Origin: Myxococcota bacterium
Lineage (GTDB): Bacteria; Myxococcota_A; UBA796; SXON01
Reading direction: 5' to 3'
NCBI GenBank assembly: GCA_040386535.1
Contig: JAZKFH010000054.1
Span: 1-63,702, forward strand
DNA: 63,702 bases
The notes beneath the pieces are model-generated. The model was not told the DNA's origin, ran no database searches, and was given only the letters and a program-made list of their open reading frames with translations. Of this stretch, positions 48,330 to 58,571 are shown piece by piece; position 1 is the first letter of the stretch; every line of letters starts with the position of its first letter. Both the position numbers and the translations under genes were made by a program.

Positions 48330-49385
48330 GTGCCCCACCTCGTCCTCCTGGCCCTGCTCGTCGCGTGCGCGGGCAAACACGGTGTCGCGGCGCCGCTCCC
48401 CGTCCCGCGCGAGGCCCCCGCCGCCACGAGCGCCGCCACCCCGGGCGCCTCCGGCTACGACGCCCGCCTGACCGGCGTCGCCTACCCGCACCCCGTCGCG
48501 ATGCACCCCGTGCGCGCGCAGGAGCAGGACCTGGAGATGGCGTACATGGACGTGCCCGCCGCCGGCACGGCGAACGGCGAGGTGGTGCTCCTCCTGCACG
48601 GCAAGAACTTCTCCGGGGGGTACTGGGCGGACACGATCGCCGCGCTCACGGCGCGCGGCTACCGCGTCGTCGTGCCGGACCAGATCGGGTTCGGCAAGTC
48701 GAGCAAGCCCGCGCACTTCCAGTACAGCTTCCAGACGCTCGCCGATCTCACCCGGTCGCTGCTCGACGCGCGGGGCGTGGGCCGCGTGCACGTGGTCGGC
48801 CACTCGATGGGCGGGATGCTCGCGACACGTTTTGCGCTGATGTACCCGGAGCGCACCACGTCGCTCGCGCTGGTGAACCCCATCGGGCTCGAGGACTGGA
48901 AGCGCGTGGTGCCGTGGCGGCCGGTGGAGTGGTGGTACGCCCAGGAGCTCGCGAGCACGCCCGCGAGCGTCCAGGCGTACATGACGGAGAGCTACTTCGC
49001 CGGGAAGTGGAAGGACGCCTACGCGCCCCTGCTCGACATCCAGGTGGGGTGGATCCGCGGGCCGGACCGCGCCCGGGTGGCGTGGAACGCGGCGCTCACC
49101 TACGACATGATCGTCACGCAGCCAGTCCTCTACGAGTTCGACCAAGTGCGGGCCCCCACGCTGCTGCTCGTCGGCGCTAGGGATCGCACGGCCCTCGGCA
49201 AGGCCCTGGCGCCCCCCGAGGTCCGCGCGACGCTCGGGGACTACCCCACGCTCGCCCGCGCCGCCGCGGCGGCCATCCCCGACGCGCGGCTGGTGCTGCT
49301 CGACGACGTGGGGCACGTGCCCCAATTCGAGGCGCCCGCGCAGTACCTCGACGCGCTCACTACGTTCCTCGGGGAGCGGCGTTAG
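48330..49385 (+). CDS. Alpha/beta hydrolase lipoprotein
   Basis: [26 protein letters not shown]. Confidence 0.92.
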   Translation: MPHLVLLALLVACAGKHGVAAPLPVPREAPAATSAATPGASGYDARLTGVAYPHPVAMHPVRAQEQDLEMAYMDVPAAGTANGEVVLLLHGKNFSGGYWADTIAALTARGYRVVVPDQIGFGKSSKPAHFQYSFQTLADLTRSLLDARGVGRVHVVGHSMGGMLATRFALMYPERTTSLALVNPIGLEDWKRVVPWRPVEWWYAQELASTPASVQAYMTESYFAGKWKDAYAPLLDIQVGWIRGPDRARVAWNAALTYDMIVTQPVLYEFDQVRAPTLLLVGARDRTALGKALAPPEVRATLGDYPTLARAAAAAIPDARLVLLDDVGHVPQFEAPAQYLDALTTFLGERR

Positions 49386-49441
49386 GACAGAAGCACGAGC
49401 CACCCGACGTCTCGATGGCGGCGCATCGCCGGGAGAACCCC

Positions 49442-49795
49442 ATGGGATCGCTGCTAAGCGCGCTCACCAACCGCTGCCCGAACTGCCACCGCGGCTCCAT
49501 CCGCAAGACCTGGATCACGATGGCGGAGCGGTGCCCCGTCTGCCACGTGCGGTTCGAGCGCTGGAGCGGCAATTGGCTGTTCCCCGTGGTCCTCGCGTAC
49601 GGCGTCGGCGGGCTCTTCGCGATCGTGCTCATCGTCACGTTCCTCAACGCCGGGACGCTCGACGGCGCCGAGAACATCATCATCCCGCTCACGCTCGGCG
49701 TGACCCTGCTCTCGTACCCGATGTGCCAGAACATCACGGTGTGGCTGCTGTACGCGACGGGGCTGGTCTACGCGGACCCGCAGGACCCGTTGTAG
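49442..49795 (+). CDS. DUF983-like zinc-ribbon membrane protein
   Basis: RCPNC...CPVC followed by two TM helices; GGAG RBS. Confidence 0.72.
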   Translation: MGSLLSALTNRCPNCHRGSIRKTWITMAERCPVCHVRFERWSGNWLFPVVLAYGVGGLFAIVLIVTFLNAGTLDGAENIIIPLTLGVTLLSYPMCQNITVWLLYATGLVYADPQDPL

Positions 49796-50847
49796 TGCGC
49801 GTCCTCGTCGCGCCGGCCTCGTTCAAGGGCACGCTCTCCGCCACGGAGGCGGCCGACGCCATCGCGGAGGGGGTGCGCCTCGCCCGGCCCGACGCAACCG
49901 TGCTGCTGCGGCCGGTGGCGGACGGCGGGGAAGGCACGCTCGACGTACTCGGCCTGCCGACACGTACGGTGCGGGTCCACGACGCGTGGGGCGCCTCCAC
50001 GCTGGTGCGGCTGGGCGAGGACGGGAGCGGGCTGGTCATCGAGCTGGCGCGCATCTGCGGGTTCGACGCGGCGCGGCGGGACGTGCTCACGGCGAGCACC
50101 CGCGGGGTCGGCGAGGCGCTGCGGGCGGGCCTCGACATGCGGTGTGGGCGCTACCTCGTGGCGCTGGGCGGCAGCGCCACGTGTGACGGCGGCACCGGCC
50201 TCTTGCGCGCGCTGGGCGCGGGCTTCTGGGACGCCGACGGCAACGTGCTCCCCGAGGGGGGCGGCGCGCTGGAACGCCTCCACCGCTTCCAGCCGCCGCG
50301 CATCCCGGTGGTGGACATCGACATCGCCTGCGACGTGGACGCACCGCTGATCGGGCCCGCCGGGGCCGCGCGCCGCTACGGGCCGCAGAAGGGCGCCACG
50401 CCGGAGGGCGTCGAGCGGCTGGAGCGCGGGCTGACCCGCTGGGCGGACGTGGTGGAGGAGCTCACCGGGATGCGCCTGCACGAGCTGCCCGGGGGCGGCG
50501 CGGCCGGCGGGACCGGGGCCGCGTTGGCGCTGCTGGGCGGGCGCTTGCGGCCCGGCGCGGAGCTGATCCTGGACCGCCTGGGGTTCGACGCGCTGCTGGC
50601 CGATATCGACCTCGTGGTCACCGGCGAGGGGCGGGTGGACGCGGGTTCGCTCCAGGGGAAGGCGCCGTTCGTGGTGGCGCGGCGGGCGGCGCGGCGCGGG
50701 GTTCCGGTGGTGATCGTCGCGGGGGCGGTCGAGGTGGACCTGCCCGGCGTCGCGGCGGCGTGGGCGGTGGGGGCCGGCGGGGACGACGCGCGCGCGGCGC
50801 TGGTGGCGCGGGTGGCGGCGGGGATGGCGACGTGGAGCCGGCACTGA
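49795..50847 (+). CDS. glxK: Glycerate kinase (GlxK/GarK family)
   Basis: APASFKGTL, ADGGEGT, GGSATCDGG, GPQKGA, GGAAGG, TGEG. Confidence 0.92.
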   Translation: MRVLVAPASFKGTLSATEAADAIAEGVRLARPDATVLLRPVADGGEGTLDVLGLPTRTVRVHDAWGASTLVRLGEDGSGLVIELARICGFDAARRDVLTASTRGVGEALRAGLDMRCGRYLVALGGSATCDGGTGLLRALGAGFWDADGNVLPEGGGALERLHRFQPPRIPVVDIDIACDVDAPLIGPAGAARRYGPQKGATPEGVERLERGLTRWADVVEELTGMRLHELPGGGAAGGTGAALALLGGRLRPGAELILDRLGFDALLADIDLVVTGEGRVDAGSLQGKAPFVVARRAARRGVPVVIVAGAVEVDLPGVAAAWAVGAGGDDARAALVARVAAGMATWSRH

Positions 50848-50866
50848 CGACGGCGGGCAACGACGG

Positions 50867-51985
50867 GTGGAGGCGGACGTGGAATTCGACGTTCTGGTGG
50901 TCGGCGGCGGGCTCAACGGGTTGTGCACGGCGTGGTGGCTCCTGCGCCGCGGAGTCGGGCGGGTGGGCCTCGTGGAGCAGTTCGCGCTCGGCCACGACCG
51001 CGGCTCCTCCCACGGCGCTTCGCGCATCACGCGGTCGGCCTACGCGGACGCCGTGTACGTGCGCCTCATGCAGGTCGCCCATGCCGAGGCGTGGCCGGCG
51101 CTCGAGGCCGACGCCGCGACCCGGCTGATCCATCGTCGGGACGCCTGCCTGTTCGGCCCCAACGGCGGGCCGTTCCAGGACTACGTCGACGCGCTCGCGG
51201 GCATCGACGTCGACGTGGAGGCCCTCGATCCGGCCGAGGCGCGCCGCCGCTTCCCCGTGTTCCGCTTCCCCGGCGATCTCGGGGTGCTCCACGACCGCAC
51301 CGCCGGGATCGTCGCCGCCGCCGACACGATCGCGGCGTTGACCCGCATCGTGCGCGCCGGCGCCACGGTCCTCGAAGGCACGACCGTCCACGGGATCGAT
51401 CCGGTGAGCCGCACCGTCGACACGTCCCGCGGCACGCTCCGCGCCGAGCGGATCGTCGTGACCGCCGGCGCATGGGCAGGGCGCCTGCTGCCCGGCCTGG
51501 CGCCCATCTTGACGCCCGTCCGCCAGACCGTGGCGCACCTCGCCATCGACGGCGACCCCGCCGCCTTCCCGCTCTGGGCGTGGCGCGGCGTCGGCGACTT
51601 CTTCTACGGCCTGCCCCAGTTCCAACGCCCCGGCATCAAGGCGGCGAAACACGTGCTCGACGGGCCCGCGGTCGACCCCTCCGAGCTCCCGCACGACGCC
51701 CCCGACGTGCGCGAGGTCGTGGCGTTCCTGAACGACCATCTCGTCACCCCGCCGCGCGAGGTGCTCGCGACCGAGCGCTGCCTCTACACGGTCGCGCCCG
51801 ACGAGGACTTCGTGCTCGACCACCACCCCGAGAGCCCCGCGGTGGTGGTCGGCGCCGGCTTCTCGGGACACGGCTTCAAGTTCGGCCCGTTGACCGGGCG
51901 GATCCTGGCCGAGCTCGCTCTCGATGGGCGCACCACGGTGGCCCCCTTCGAGGCCAACCGCGCGCGGTTCCGCTGGGCGCGCTGA
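50867..51985 (+). CDS. FAD-dependent oxidoreductase, sarcosine/N-methyltryptophan oxidase family
   Basis: GGGLNG, HDRGSSHGASRITR, CLYT..PDEDF, GFSGHGFKF. Confidence 0.9.
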   Translation: MEADVEFDVLVVGGGLNGLCTAWWLLRRGVGRVGLVEQFALGHDRGSSHGASRITRSAYADAVYVRLMQVAHAEAWPALEADAATRLIHRRDACLFGPNGGPFQDYVDALAGIDVDVEALDPAEARRRFPVFRFPGDLGVLHDRTAGIVAAADTIAALTRIVRAGATVLEGTTVHGIDPVSRTVDTSRGTLRAERIVVTAGAWAGRLLPGLAPILTPVRQTVAHLAIDGDPAAFPLWAWRGVGDFFYGLPQFQRPGIKAAKHVLDGPAVDPSELPHDAPDVREVVAFLNDHLVTPPREVLATERCLYTVAPDEDFVLDHHPESPAVVVGAGFSGHGFKFGPLTGRILAELALDGRTTVAPFEANRARFRWAR

Positions 51986-51996
51986 GCGCGCCCCGA

Positions 51997-54900
51997 TCAC
52001 TCCCCGCCGAGCCCCGCCCACACGTACAGGGCGCCGGCGTCGTACGCGTACGTGTCGTCGTAGAGCGCGCCAACGACGATGTCGTCGATGCCATCCCCCG
52101 TCACGTCGCCGGGGCGGTCCGGGAGGCGGCGGCCGAAATAGCCGTCGCCGGTCGTCCCGCCGTAGAACGTGGCGTCCGCGGCGGCGGCCGAGATGCTCCC
52201 GGAAACCGGGCCGTAGAAGAGGTACGCCGCCCCCGCCGAGGAGTACGCCGTGTCCTGGCTGTACGCGCCGACGAGCAGGTCGTTCGTGCCGTCTCCGTCC
52301 TGGTCCCCGGCCGACATGGCGTCCTCGCCGAAGTAGTCGAAGGTCGTGGCGCCGTACAACGTGGCCTTCGCGGTGGTCGAGAGGGTGGTGCCACCCGCGT
52401 ACACCCAGAGGGCGCCGACGGACGAGGTGGCGCCGTTGTCGTAGCCGTACCCGTGCACGCCGGCCTCGGCGTAGCCGTCACCGTCGAGGTCGGTCAGATC
52501 GTACACGCCGTACCCGGCGTAGTCGGATGTGGCGACGCCGGTGTAGGTCACGTCCGCGGTCGAGGCGCTCATCGCGCCGGTGAGGGGGGTCGCCTCGCCG
52601 AGGAACAGGTACGCGGCTCCGGTGCTGGAGCTGCCCGCCCCGTAGGCGCCGAGGAGGAGCTCGTCGAGGCCGTCGCCGTCCATGTCCTCGACGAACGACA
52701 CCGCGTACCCGAGGTACGCGCTCGACGCGACGCCGCGGATCGTCGCGTCCGACGTGGTGGCCGCCGCGGAGCCGGAGCGCCGCGTGGCCGAGCCGTAGAG
52801 CAGGTAGGCCGCGCCGGCGCTGCTGGCGGCGGTGTCCTGGCCGTACGCGCCGACGATGATCTCGTCCGTGCCGTCACCGTCCATGTCGCGGCCGGCGGCC
52901 ACGTTGTTGCCGAGGTAGTCGGAGGAGGTGCCCCCGGTCAGCGTCGCCACGCCCGAGGCGGACGCCATCTGGCTCGAGCCGGAGAACCGGCTGCCGCCGT
53001 ACAGGATGTAGGTGGCGCCCGCCGAGGACGACACGCCGTAGGCACCCACCACGAGCTCGTCGGCGCCGTCGCCGTCGTGATCGCCGGCCGCCAGGTAGTA
53101 CCCGAGGTAGGCGGAGCTGGCGGTACCGGTGAGCATCGCGCTGGAAGTGGCGCCCGCGGTGCCCGACGTGGTCACGGGGCCGTACCAGAGCACCGCCGCA
53201 CCGGTGGTGGAGGCCGGGAGGTCGTGGTTTGGCATGCCGCCGAGGAGGTCGCCGTTGCCATCGCCGTCGAAGTCGCCCAGGGCGACGCTGCGCCCGAGGT
53301 AGTCGGAAGTCAGGGTGCCCGTGAGCCGCACGTCCGCGGTGGACGCGGTGTAGGCGCCGTCGAGCACACAGTCCGTGAAGTCCTCGTCGCAGTCGTTGTC
53401 GTACGTGTCGGCGCACACCTCGGTCGCGCCCGGGTGGGCGAGCGCGGTCCCGTCGTCACAGTCGCCGGCGCTCGCCGCGTACCGGCTGGGGAGGGTGCAG
53501 GCGAGCATGGCGGAGGCGGCGTTTCCGTAGCCGTCGGCGTCCGCGTCCGCGTACCAGGTGCTCCCGACGCCCTCGTCGGTCGCGCCGTCACAGTCGTCAT
53601 CGATCGTGTTGCAGGACTCGACCGCCGCGGGTGACGCCGCCGCGCTCGCGTCGTTGCAGTCTCCGGTGGCGGTCGATGCCGACGCTTCGCCCGCGTCCGC
53701 ACAGTCCGAGTCTGCCGAGACCACGGAGGAGGCCGCGCTCGTCCGGTAGCCGTCGCCGTCGCCGTCGACGTAGCAGAGCTCGCCGCCGTCGCAGTTCTCG
53801 TCGTCGCCGTTGCCGACGGTCTCGGCCGCGCCCACGTAGTCCCCCGCGTCGTCATCGTCGCAGTCGGTCGCGTCCACGATCCAGCGCCCGCCGCCGTCGC
53901 AACTCGACGCGGCGATGTCCGGGTCGCCGAAGCCATCGCTGTCGCCGTCGTAGTAGAACGAGCCCTCGCCGACCGTGCCGTAGTCGTCGTCGTCCGAGAG
54001 CCCGTTGCAGTCCTCGTCCGTGTCGGCCGCGTCACACGCCTCGTCCGCGGCGGGGCTGATGTCCGCGTCCGCGTCGTCGCAGTCGTCGTCGTTGTCGACA
54101 TAGGCTGCCGGGAAGTCGCACGCGGAGAGCGTGGAGAAGGAGACGCCGTAGCCGTCGCCGTCGCTGTCGAAGTACCGGGTGGTGCGGCCCGTCACGCTGA
54201 AGTCGGCGTCCTCGCGGGTGCCGTCACAGTCCTCGTCCGTGTCCGCGGCGTCGCAGATCTCGGCGGCGCCGGGGTGCACGCCGCTGTCACCGTCGTCGCA
54301 GTCGGTAGCGCTCGCGACGTACCCGGCGGGGGACGCGCACGCGGCGCGGTCGAACGAGCCGGAGATCCCGTAGCCGTCGGCGTCGTAGTCGATGTGCCAC
54401 ACGATCGCGGTGGACGTGTCGAGGAACCGATCGGCGTCGTCGCTGGTGCCGGTGCAGTTCTCGTCGACGTCGGCGGCGTCGCAGACCTCGGTGGCGTCGG
54501 GGTGGACGGCGGCGTTGTCGTCGTCACAGTCGCTCGCATCGTCGACGAACCCCTCGAGGGCCTCGCACGCGATGGTGGCGGTCGCCGCGTCCCCGAACGT
54601 GTCCCCGTCGGCGTCCGCGTACCAGGTCTCCTCGCCGATCGCGCCCGTCTCGTCGATCGCGCCGTCACAGTCCTCGTCCGCGCCGCCGCAGACCTCCACC
54701 GCGCCCGGGTAGATCTCGGCGTTCGTGTCGTCGCAGTCGTCGCAGGCCGGCGTGCCGTCCGCGTCGCCGTCCTCCTCGCCTAGGGACCCGTCACAGTTGA
54801 AGTCGAGGAGCACCGCGCAGGTCTCGGTGGCGCCGGGGTGGTAGGCGGCATCGGCGTCGTCACAGTCCCCACCCAGCGCGGAGGTGGCGGGGGGCGCGTC

Positions 54901-55653
54901 ACAGCTCGCGACCCCCGTGCCGTCCTCGCCGTAGCCGTCCAGGTCGGCGTCGGTCAGCCACAACGTCGCGTCGACGGCGTCCTCGTCCACGGTGCCGTCA
55001 CAATCGTCATCCAGGCCGTCGCACGTCTCGGGCGCGCCGGGAAACGCGCTCGCGTCCGCGTCGTCGCAGTCTTCGCACGCGACCGTCCCGTCGTCGTCCG
55101 CGTCCGCGTAGCCCACCGAGCCGTCGCAGTTGTAGTCGACGGCGTCGGCGCACGTCTCCTCGGCGCCGGGGTAAGCCGCGGCGTCGGCGTCGTCACAGTC
55201 GCCCGCGGTGGCCACGAACGCGTCGGAGGGCGCCTCGCAGGCCTGCACGGAGACCGCGTCCGCCCCGACGCCGTCCCCGTCTCCGTCTCCGTACCAGGTG
55301 GTCATGTCGATCGCCGCCTCGTCCACGGCGCCGTTACAGTCGTCGTCCACGCTGTTGCACAGCTCGTCCGCGCCCGGGTGGACCGCGGGGTTGGTGTCGT
55401 CACAGTCGAGCGTGGCGGGGGAGCCGTCCTCGTCCGCGTCGACGTCGACCTCGGTGTCCGTATCGGTGTCGGTGGCCGTATCGGTGTCGGTGTCCGTATC
55501 GGTGTCCGTATCGGTGTCGGTGTCCGTATCGGTGTCCGTATCCGTGTCGGTATCGGTGTCCGCGGGGCCGGTGTCCTTGTCCGTGTCGGTCGGGCCGTCG
55601 CAACCTACGAGCGCCAGGGCGAGGAGGACGGAGGGGAGCGTGCGCAGGAGCAT
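51997..55653 (-). CDS. Large surface lipoprotein: DT linker, about 10 MopE-like repeats, FG-GAP (integrin-like) propeller
   Basis: LVGC lipobox; DTDTDT tract; DCDD...PGA.E.C repeats; GD.DGDG..DLLVGA...GAAYL repeats. Confidence 0.88.
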   Translation of the reverse strand: MLLRTLPSVLLALALVGCDGPTDTDKDTGPADTDTDTDTDTDTDTDTDTDTDTDTDTDTATDTDTDTEVDVDADEDGSPATLDCDDTNPAVHPGADELCNSVDDDCNGAVDEAAIDMTTWYGDGDGDGVGADAVSVQACEAPSDAFVATAGDCDDADAAAYPGAEETCADAVDYNCDGSVGYADADDDGTVACEDCDDADASAFPGAPETCDGLDDDCDGTVDEDAVDATLWLTDADLDGYGEDGTGVASCDAPPATSALGGDCDDADAAYHPGATETCAVLLDFNCDGSLGEEDGDADGTPACDDCDDTNAEIYPGAVEVCGGADEDCDGAIDETGAIGEETWYADADGDTFGDAATATIACEALEGFVDDASDCDDDNAAVHPDATEVCDAADVDENCTGTSDDADRFLDTSTAIVWHIDYDADGYGISGSFDRAACASPAGYVASATDCDDGDSGVHPGAAEICDAADTDEDCDGTREDADFSVTGRTTRYFDSDGDGYGVSFSTLSACDFPAAYVDNDDDCDDADADISPAADEACDAADTDEDCNGLSDDDDYGTVGEGSFYYDGDSDGFGDPDIAASSCDGGGRWIVDATDCDDDDAGDYVGAAETVGNGDDENCDGGELCYVDGDGDGYRTSAASSVVSADSDCADAGEASASTATGDCNDASAAASPAAVESCNTIDDDCDGATDEGVGSTWYADADADGYGNAASAMLACTLPSRYAASAGDCDDGTALAHPGATEVCADTYDNDCDEDFTDCVLDGAYTASTADVRLTGTLTSDYLGRSVALGDFDGDGNGDLLGGMPNHDLPASTTGAAVLWYGPVTTSGTAGATSSAMLTGTASSAYLGYYLAAGDHDGDGADELVVGAYGVSSSAGATYILYGGSRFSGSSQMASASGVATLTGGTSSDYLGNNVAAGRDMDGDGTDEIIVGAYGQDTAASSAGAAYLLYGSATRRSGSAAATTSDATIRGVASSAYLGYAVSFVEDMDGDGLDELLLGAYGAGSSSTGAAYLFLGEATPLTGAMSASTADVTYTGVATSDYAGYGVYDLTDLDGDGYAEAGVHGYGYDNGATSSVGALWVYAGGTTLSTTAKATLYGATTFDYFGEDAMSAGDQDGDGTNDLLVGAYSQDTAYSSAGAAYLFYGPVSGSISAAAADATFYGGTTGDGYFGRRLPDRPGDVTGDGIDDIVVGALYDDTYAYDAGALYVWAGLGGE

Positions 55654-55789
55654 GAGCGTTCCGGTGAGGTGCGAGAAGAGCACGTTCCGACGCATCGCGT
55701 CAATGCTTTGTCAAAAGCGCTCACCCGCCGTCGTCTGGCGATCCGCGCCAATTCGGGCAACTCCACCCCCGCAAGCTCACACGTTGCGC

Positions 55790-55795
55790 TATCCT
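55790..55795 (+). promoter_or_regulatory. Putative -10 hexamer TATCCT, leaderless configuration
   Basis: 6 nt upstream of ATG 55802. Confidence 0.45.
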
Positions 55796-55801
55796 CCGCC
55801 G

Positions 55802-57196
55802 ATGCGTCGCATCGCCATCATCGGTTCTGGTCAGGCCGGCCTCCTCGCCGCCCACGCGCTCGCCCAACGCGGCTACACGGTCACGGTCTACACGGACCGC
55901 ACCGCCGAGGAGTGGTTGGAGCGGTGCCGCCCCACTGGCACCGCCGGGCGCTTCGAGCCCTCGCTCGCCTGGGAGCGCGAGCTGGGGCTCGACCATTGGC
56001 AGGACGCGGCCGTGGGGATCGAGGGCATCCACCTCACCTTCAGCCTCGCGCCGCCCAACCGGCTCCTCACGCTCACCGCGAAGCTGCCGAAGCCGGGCAA
56101 GGCCATCGATTTGCGCCTGCAGAGCCATCGGTGGCTCACGGACCTGCCGGCCGCCGGAGCGGAGGTCATCCACGAGAGCGTCACGGTCGAGAGGCTCGAC
56201 GTAATCACCGCCCAGAACGACCTGACCATCGTGGCCGCGGGGCGCGCCGACTTGTGCAACCTGTTCCCAAGGGACGCGGCGCGCAGCGTGTACGACACAC
56301 CTCAACGTCGCCTCGCGATGATCATCACCAAGGGCGCCCCGATGGGGTTCGAAGGCGTGCCCTTCGTGCCGGTGAAGTTCAACCTGTTCGCCCCCTGGGG
56401 CGAGGCGTTCTGGGTGCCCTACCACCACCGGGATCACGGCCCCACGTGGAACCTGCTCTTCGAGGCCAAGGCGGGCGGCCCGATGGACCGCTTCGGGAGC
56501 GCGAAGAGCGCGGAAGAGACGCTCGCCATCGGCAAGGAGGTCATCCGCGATCTCGTGCCGTGGGACTACGCGTGGGCCAAGGACATGGAGGTGGCGGATG
56601 CGAACGGGTGGCTCACCGGCGGGGTTACACCCACGGTGCGGGCCCCGGTTGGCACGTTGCCGTCCGGACGCGTGGTGATGCCGTTGGGTGACACGGCCGT
56701 GTCGATGGATCCCATCGCCGGCCAGGGCGCCAACAGCGGAAACAAGATGGCCCGCAACCTGGTCGACCACATCGTGGCCCGGGGCGACCGCCCGTTCGAC
56801 GCCGGCTGGATGACCGAAACGTTCGAGGCGTATTGGGCGCGTCACGGCGCCCCCACCACCCGCTTCAACAACCTGTTCCTCGAGCCCCTCCCCGATGCGG
56901 GCAAACAAGTGCTCGTGGCCCAATATGGCAGCGACGGCGTGCGTACCGATACGCCCCAGAAGCTGGCCGACGCGTTCGTCGCCAACTTCGAGGACCCCGC
57001 GCGCTGCACCGAGGTCATCCACGACGTCGGTGCCGCGCGCGCGTTCATCGGGGCCCACGGCGGCGGCCACTGGCTCTGGCCGGTGCTTCGGGGCGCCGCG
57101 GGCGTGGGCCGCGAGCAGGTCCGCCAGACGTTGGGAGGCCAGCCGAAGCACCCCCTCGTGGCGGGGGCGGGCCCGCGGCAGCTCGGCGGAGCCTAA
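55802..57196 (+). CDS. Styrene/indole monooxygenase (StyA-like) flavoprotein
   Basis: IAIIGSGQAG, IDLRL, F.RD..RS.YD.PQR.L, LTGGVTPTVR, GD....DPIAGQGAN. Confidence 0.85.
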   Translation: MRRIAIIGSGQAGLLAAHALAQRGYTVTVYTDRTAEEWLERCRPTGTAGRFEPSLAWERELGLDHWQDAAVGIEGIHLTFSLAPPNRLLTLTAKLPKPGKAIDLRLQSHRWLTDLPAAGAEVIHESVTVERLDVITAQNDLTIVAAGRADLCNLFPRDAARSVYDTPQRRLAMIITKGAPMGFEGVPFVPVKFNLFAPWGEAFWVPYHHRDHGPTWNLLFEAKAGGPMDRFGSAKSAEETLAIGKEVIRDLVPWDYAWAKDMEVADANGWLTGGVTPTVRAPVGTLPSGRVVMPLGDTAVSMDPIAGQGANSGNKMARNLVDHIVARGDRPFDAGWMTETFEAYWARHGAPTTRFNNLFLEPLPDAGKQVLVAQYGSDGVRTDTPQKLADAFVANFEDPARCTEVIHDVGAARAFIGAHGGGHWLWPVLRGAAGVGREQVRQTLGGQPKHPLVAGAGPRQLGGA

Positions 57197-57200
57197 GCGA

Positions 57201-57809
57201 TCACGCCTGCGGCCGGTGCCACCGCGCCGCCAGGATCAGCGCGTCGTCGCGCTTGCCGTAGCTCTTGACGAACGCGCTGACGACGGCCATCTCGGGCGCC
57301 ATGCCCGGCGCGATGGCGTCCGCGAAGTCGGGACGCAGCCCGTCGGTGGCGAAGACCAGCAGGTCACCGTCCCCCCACGGGATCGAGGAGGCGCGGAGCG
57401 TCGGGAGATTGTGGCCGACCACGCCGCCCCAGAGGAGCAGGCGCTCCCGGACGGCCGGCGCGCGCCGTACGATCAGCCCCTCCACGTTGCCGACCCCGAC
57501 CCACCGCACCACCCCGTCCTCGATGGCCGCGAGGGAGATCACGGCGCCCCGCGTGCGGGTGATGGCGCGGTGGCACCGCGCCAGGATGTCCTCGACCGGG
57601 CCGGTGGAGTCCGCCTCGATCGTCGCGACCGCCTCGGCGGAGGCCACGGCCGCGGCGGGACCGTGGCCCAGCCCGTCCATCACCACCAGGAGCACGCCGC
57701 GCGGGGTTTGCAGCACCACCGCGGTGTCACCCGACTCGGGCGCATCGTCGAGCGCACGCTCGGCGATGGCCCACTCGATGTCGCGGGTCACGCCGGAGCG
57801 GACGTTCAT
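57201..57809 (-). CDS. rsbX: RsbX-like PP2C (SpoIIE family) phosphatase
   Basis: SGD, DGLGHG, TRGA, GVGNV, ATDG, DDA; ATGA overlap with rsbT. Confidence 0.85.
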   Translation of the reverse strand: MNVRSGVTRDIEWAIAERALDDAPESGDTAVVLQTPRGVLLVVMDGLGHGPAAAVASAEAVATIEADSTGPVEDILARCHRAITRTRGAVISLAAIEDGVVRWVGVGNVEGLIVRRAPAVRERLLLWGGVVGHNLPTLRASSIPWGDGDLLVFATDGLRPDFADAIAPGMAPEMAVVSAFVKSYGKRDDALILAARWHRPQA

Positions 57810-58210
57810 CCGCGGCGCCACTTGGTCATGGTGACCGTGGTGCCGACCCCCACGGTGGACTCCAGCTCGAATTCATCCATGAGGCGACGTGCGCCGGGGA
57901 GCCCCAGGCCGAGCCCCTTTCCGGTGGTGTAGCCGTCGTCCATCGCCCGATCGAGGTCGGCGATGCCCGGGCCCCAGTCGCGCGCGATCACGCGAATTCC
58001 CTTCCGCGACGAGTGCGGGACGGTCTCGAAGCGCATCTGCCCGCCCTTGCCATACACGATCATGTTTCGGGCTATCTCGGAGATGGCCGTCGCAATCATG
58101 GTGAGCTCCAGGTGGGAGAAGTCCAGGTCGACCGCGATGGCACGCGCCGCGCGACGCGCGACGAAGATGTCCGCCTCGATGTTCACCTGGACCAGTGTGT
58201 CACGGGCCAT
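57806..58210 (-). CDS. rsbT: Stressosome kinase RsbT
   Basis: TAISEIARN, D.GPGI, GYTT..GLGLGLPG..RLMDEF. Confidence 0.93.
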   Translation of the reverse strand: MARDTLVQVNIEADIFVARRAARAIAVDLDFSHLELTMIATAISEIARNMIVYGKGGQMRFETVPHSSRKGIRVIARDWGPGIADLDRAMDDGYTTGKGLGLGLPGARRLMDEFELESTVGVGTTVTMTKWRRG

Positions 58211-58571
58211 TGAGGATCCGGCGGTTGATCTGTTCCAACCCATCGTCGAGATCCAGCGCCGTAGCCGTGCTCGTCAGGCTCAGGCCGAGCTGCGCCATGG
58301 AGAAGGCGACGTTGGGTTGGATGCCCACGATCACCGTCTCCGCGCCGCGCAGGCGCAACATCCGCGCGATTCCGTCGAGCACCCGCGTGGCGTAGGAGTC
58401 CATGACATCCATGGCGCTCACGTCGATCACCACGCCCTTGGAGCGGTGCTCGCCGGCGCGGGTGAGCAGCTCGTTCTGGAAGCGCTGCCAGCCGCTGTCG
58501 GACAGCTCGTCCTCGACCGCGGCCACGAGGTAGACGCCGAGCTTCAGGATGGGGACGCGGGCGGAGCTCAT
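58200..58571 (-). CDS. rsbS: STAS protein RsbS
   Basis: VPILKLG, GVVIDVS...MDSY (phospho-Ser site), VGIQP.VA. Confidence 0.93.
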   Translation of the reverse strand: MSSARVPILKLGVYLVAAVEDELSDSGWQRFQNELLTRAGEHRSKGVVIDVSAMDVMDSYATRVLDGIARMLRLRGAETVIVGIQPNVAFSMAQLGLSLTSTATALDLDDGLEQINRRILNGP

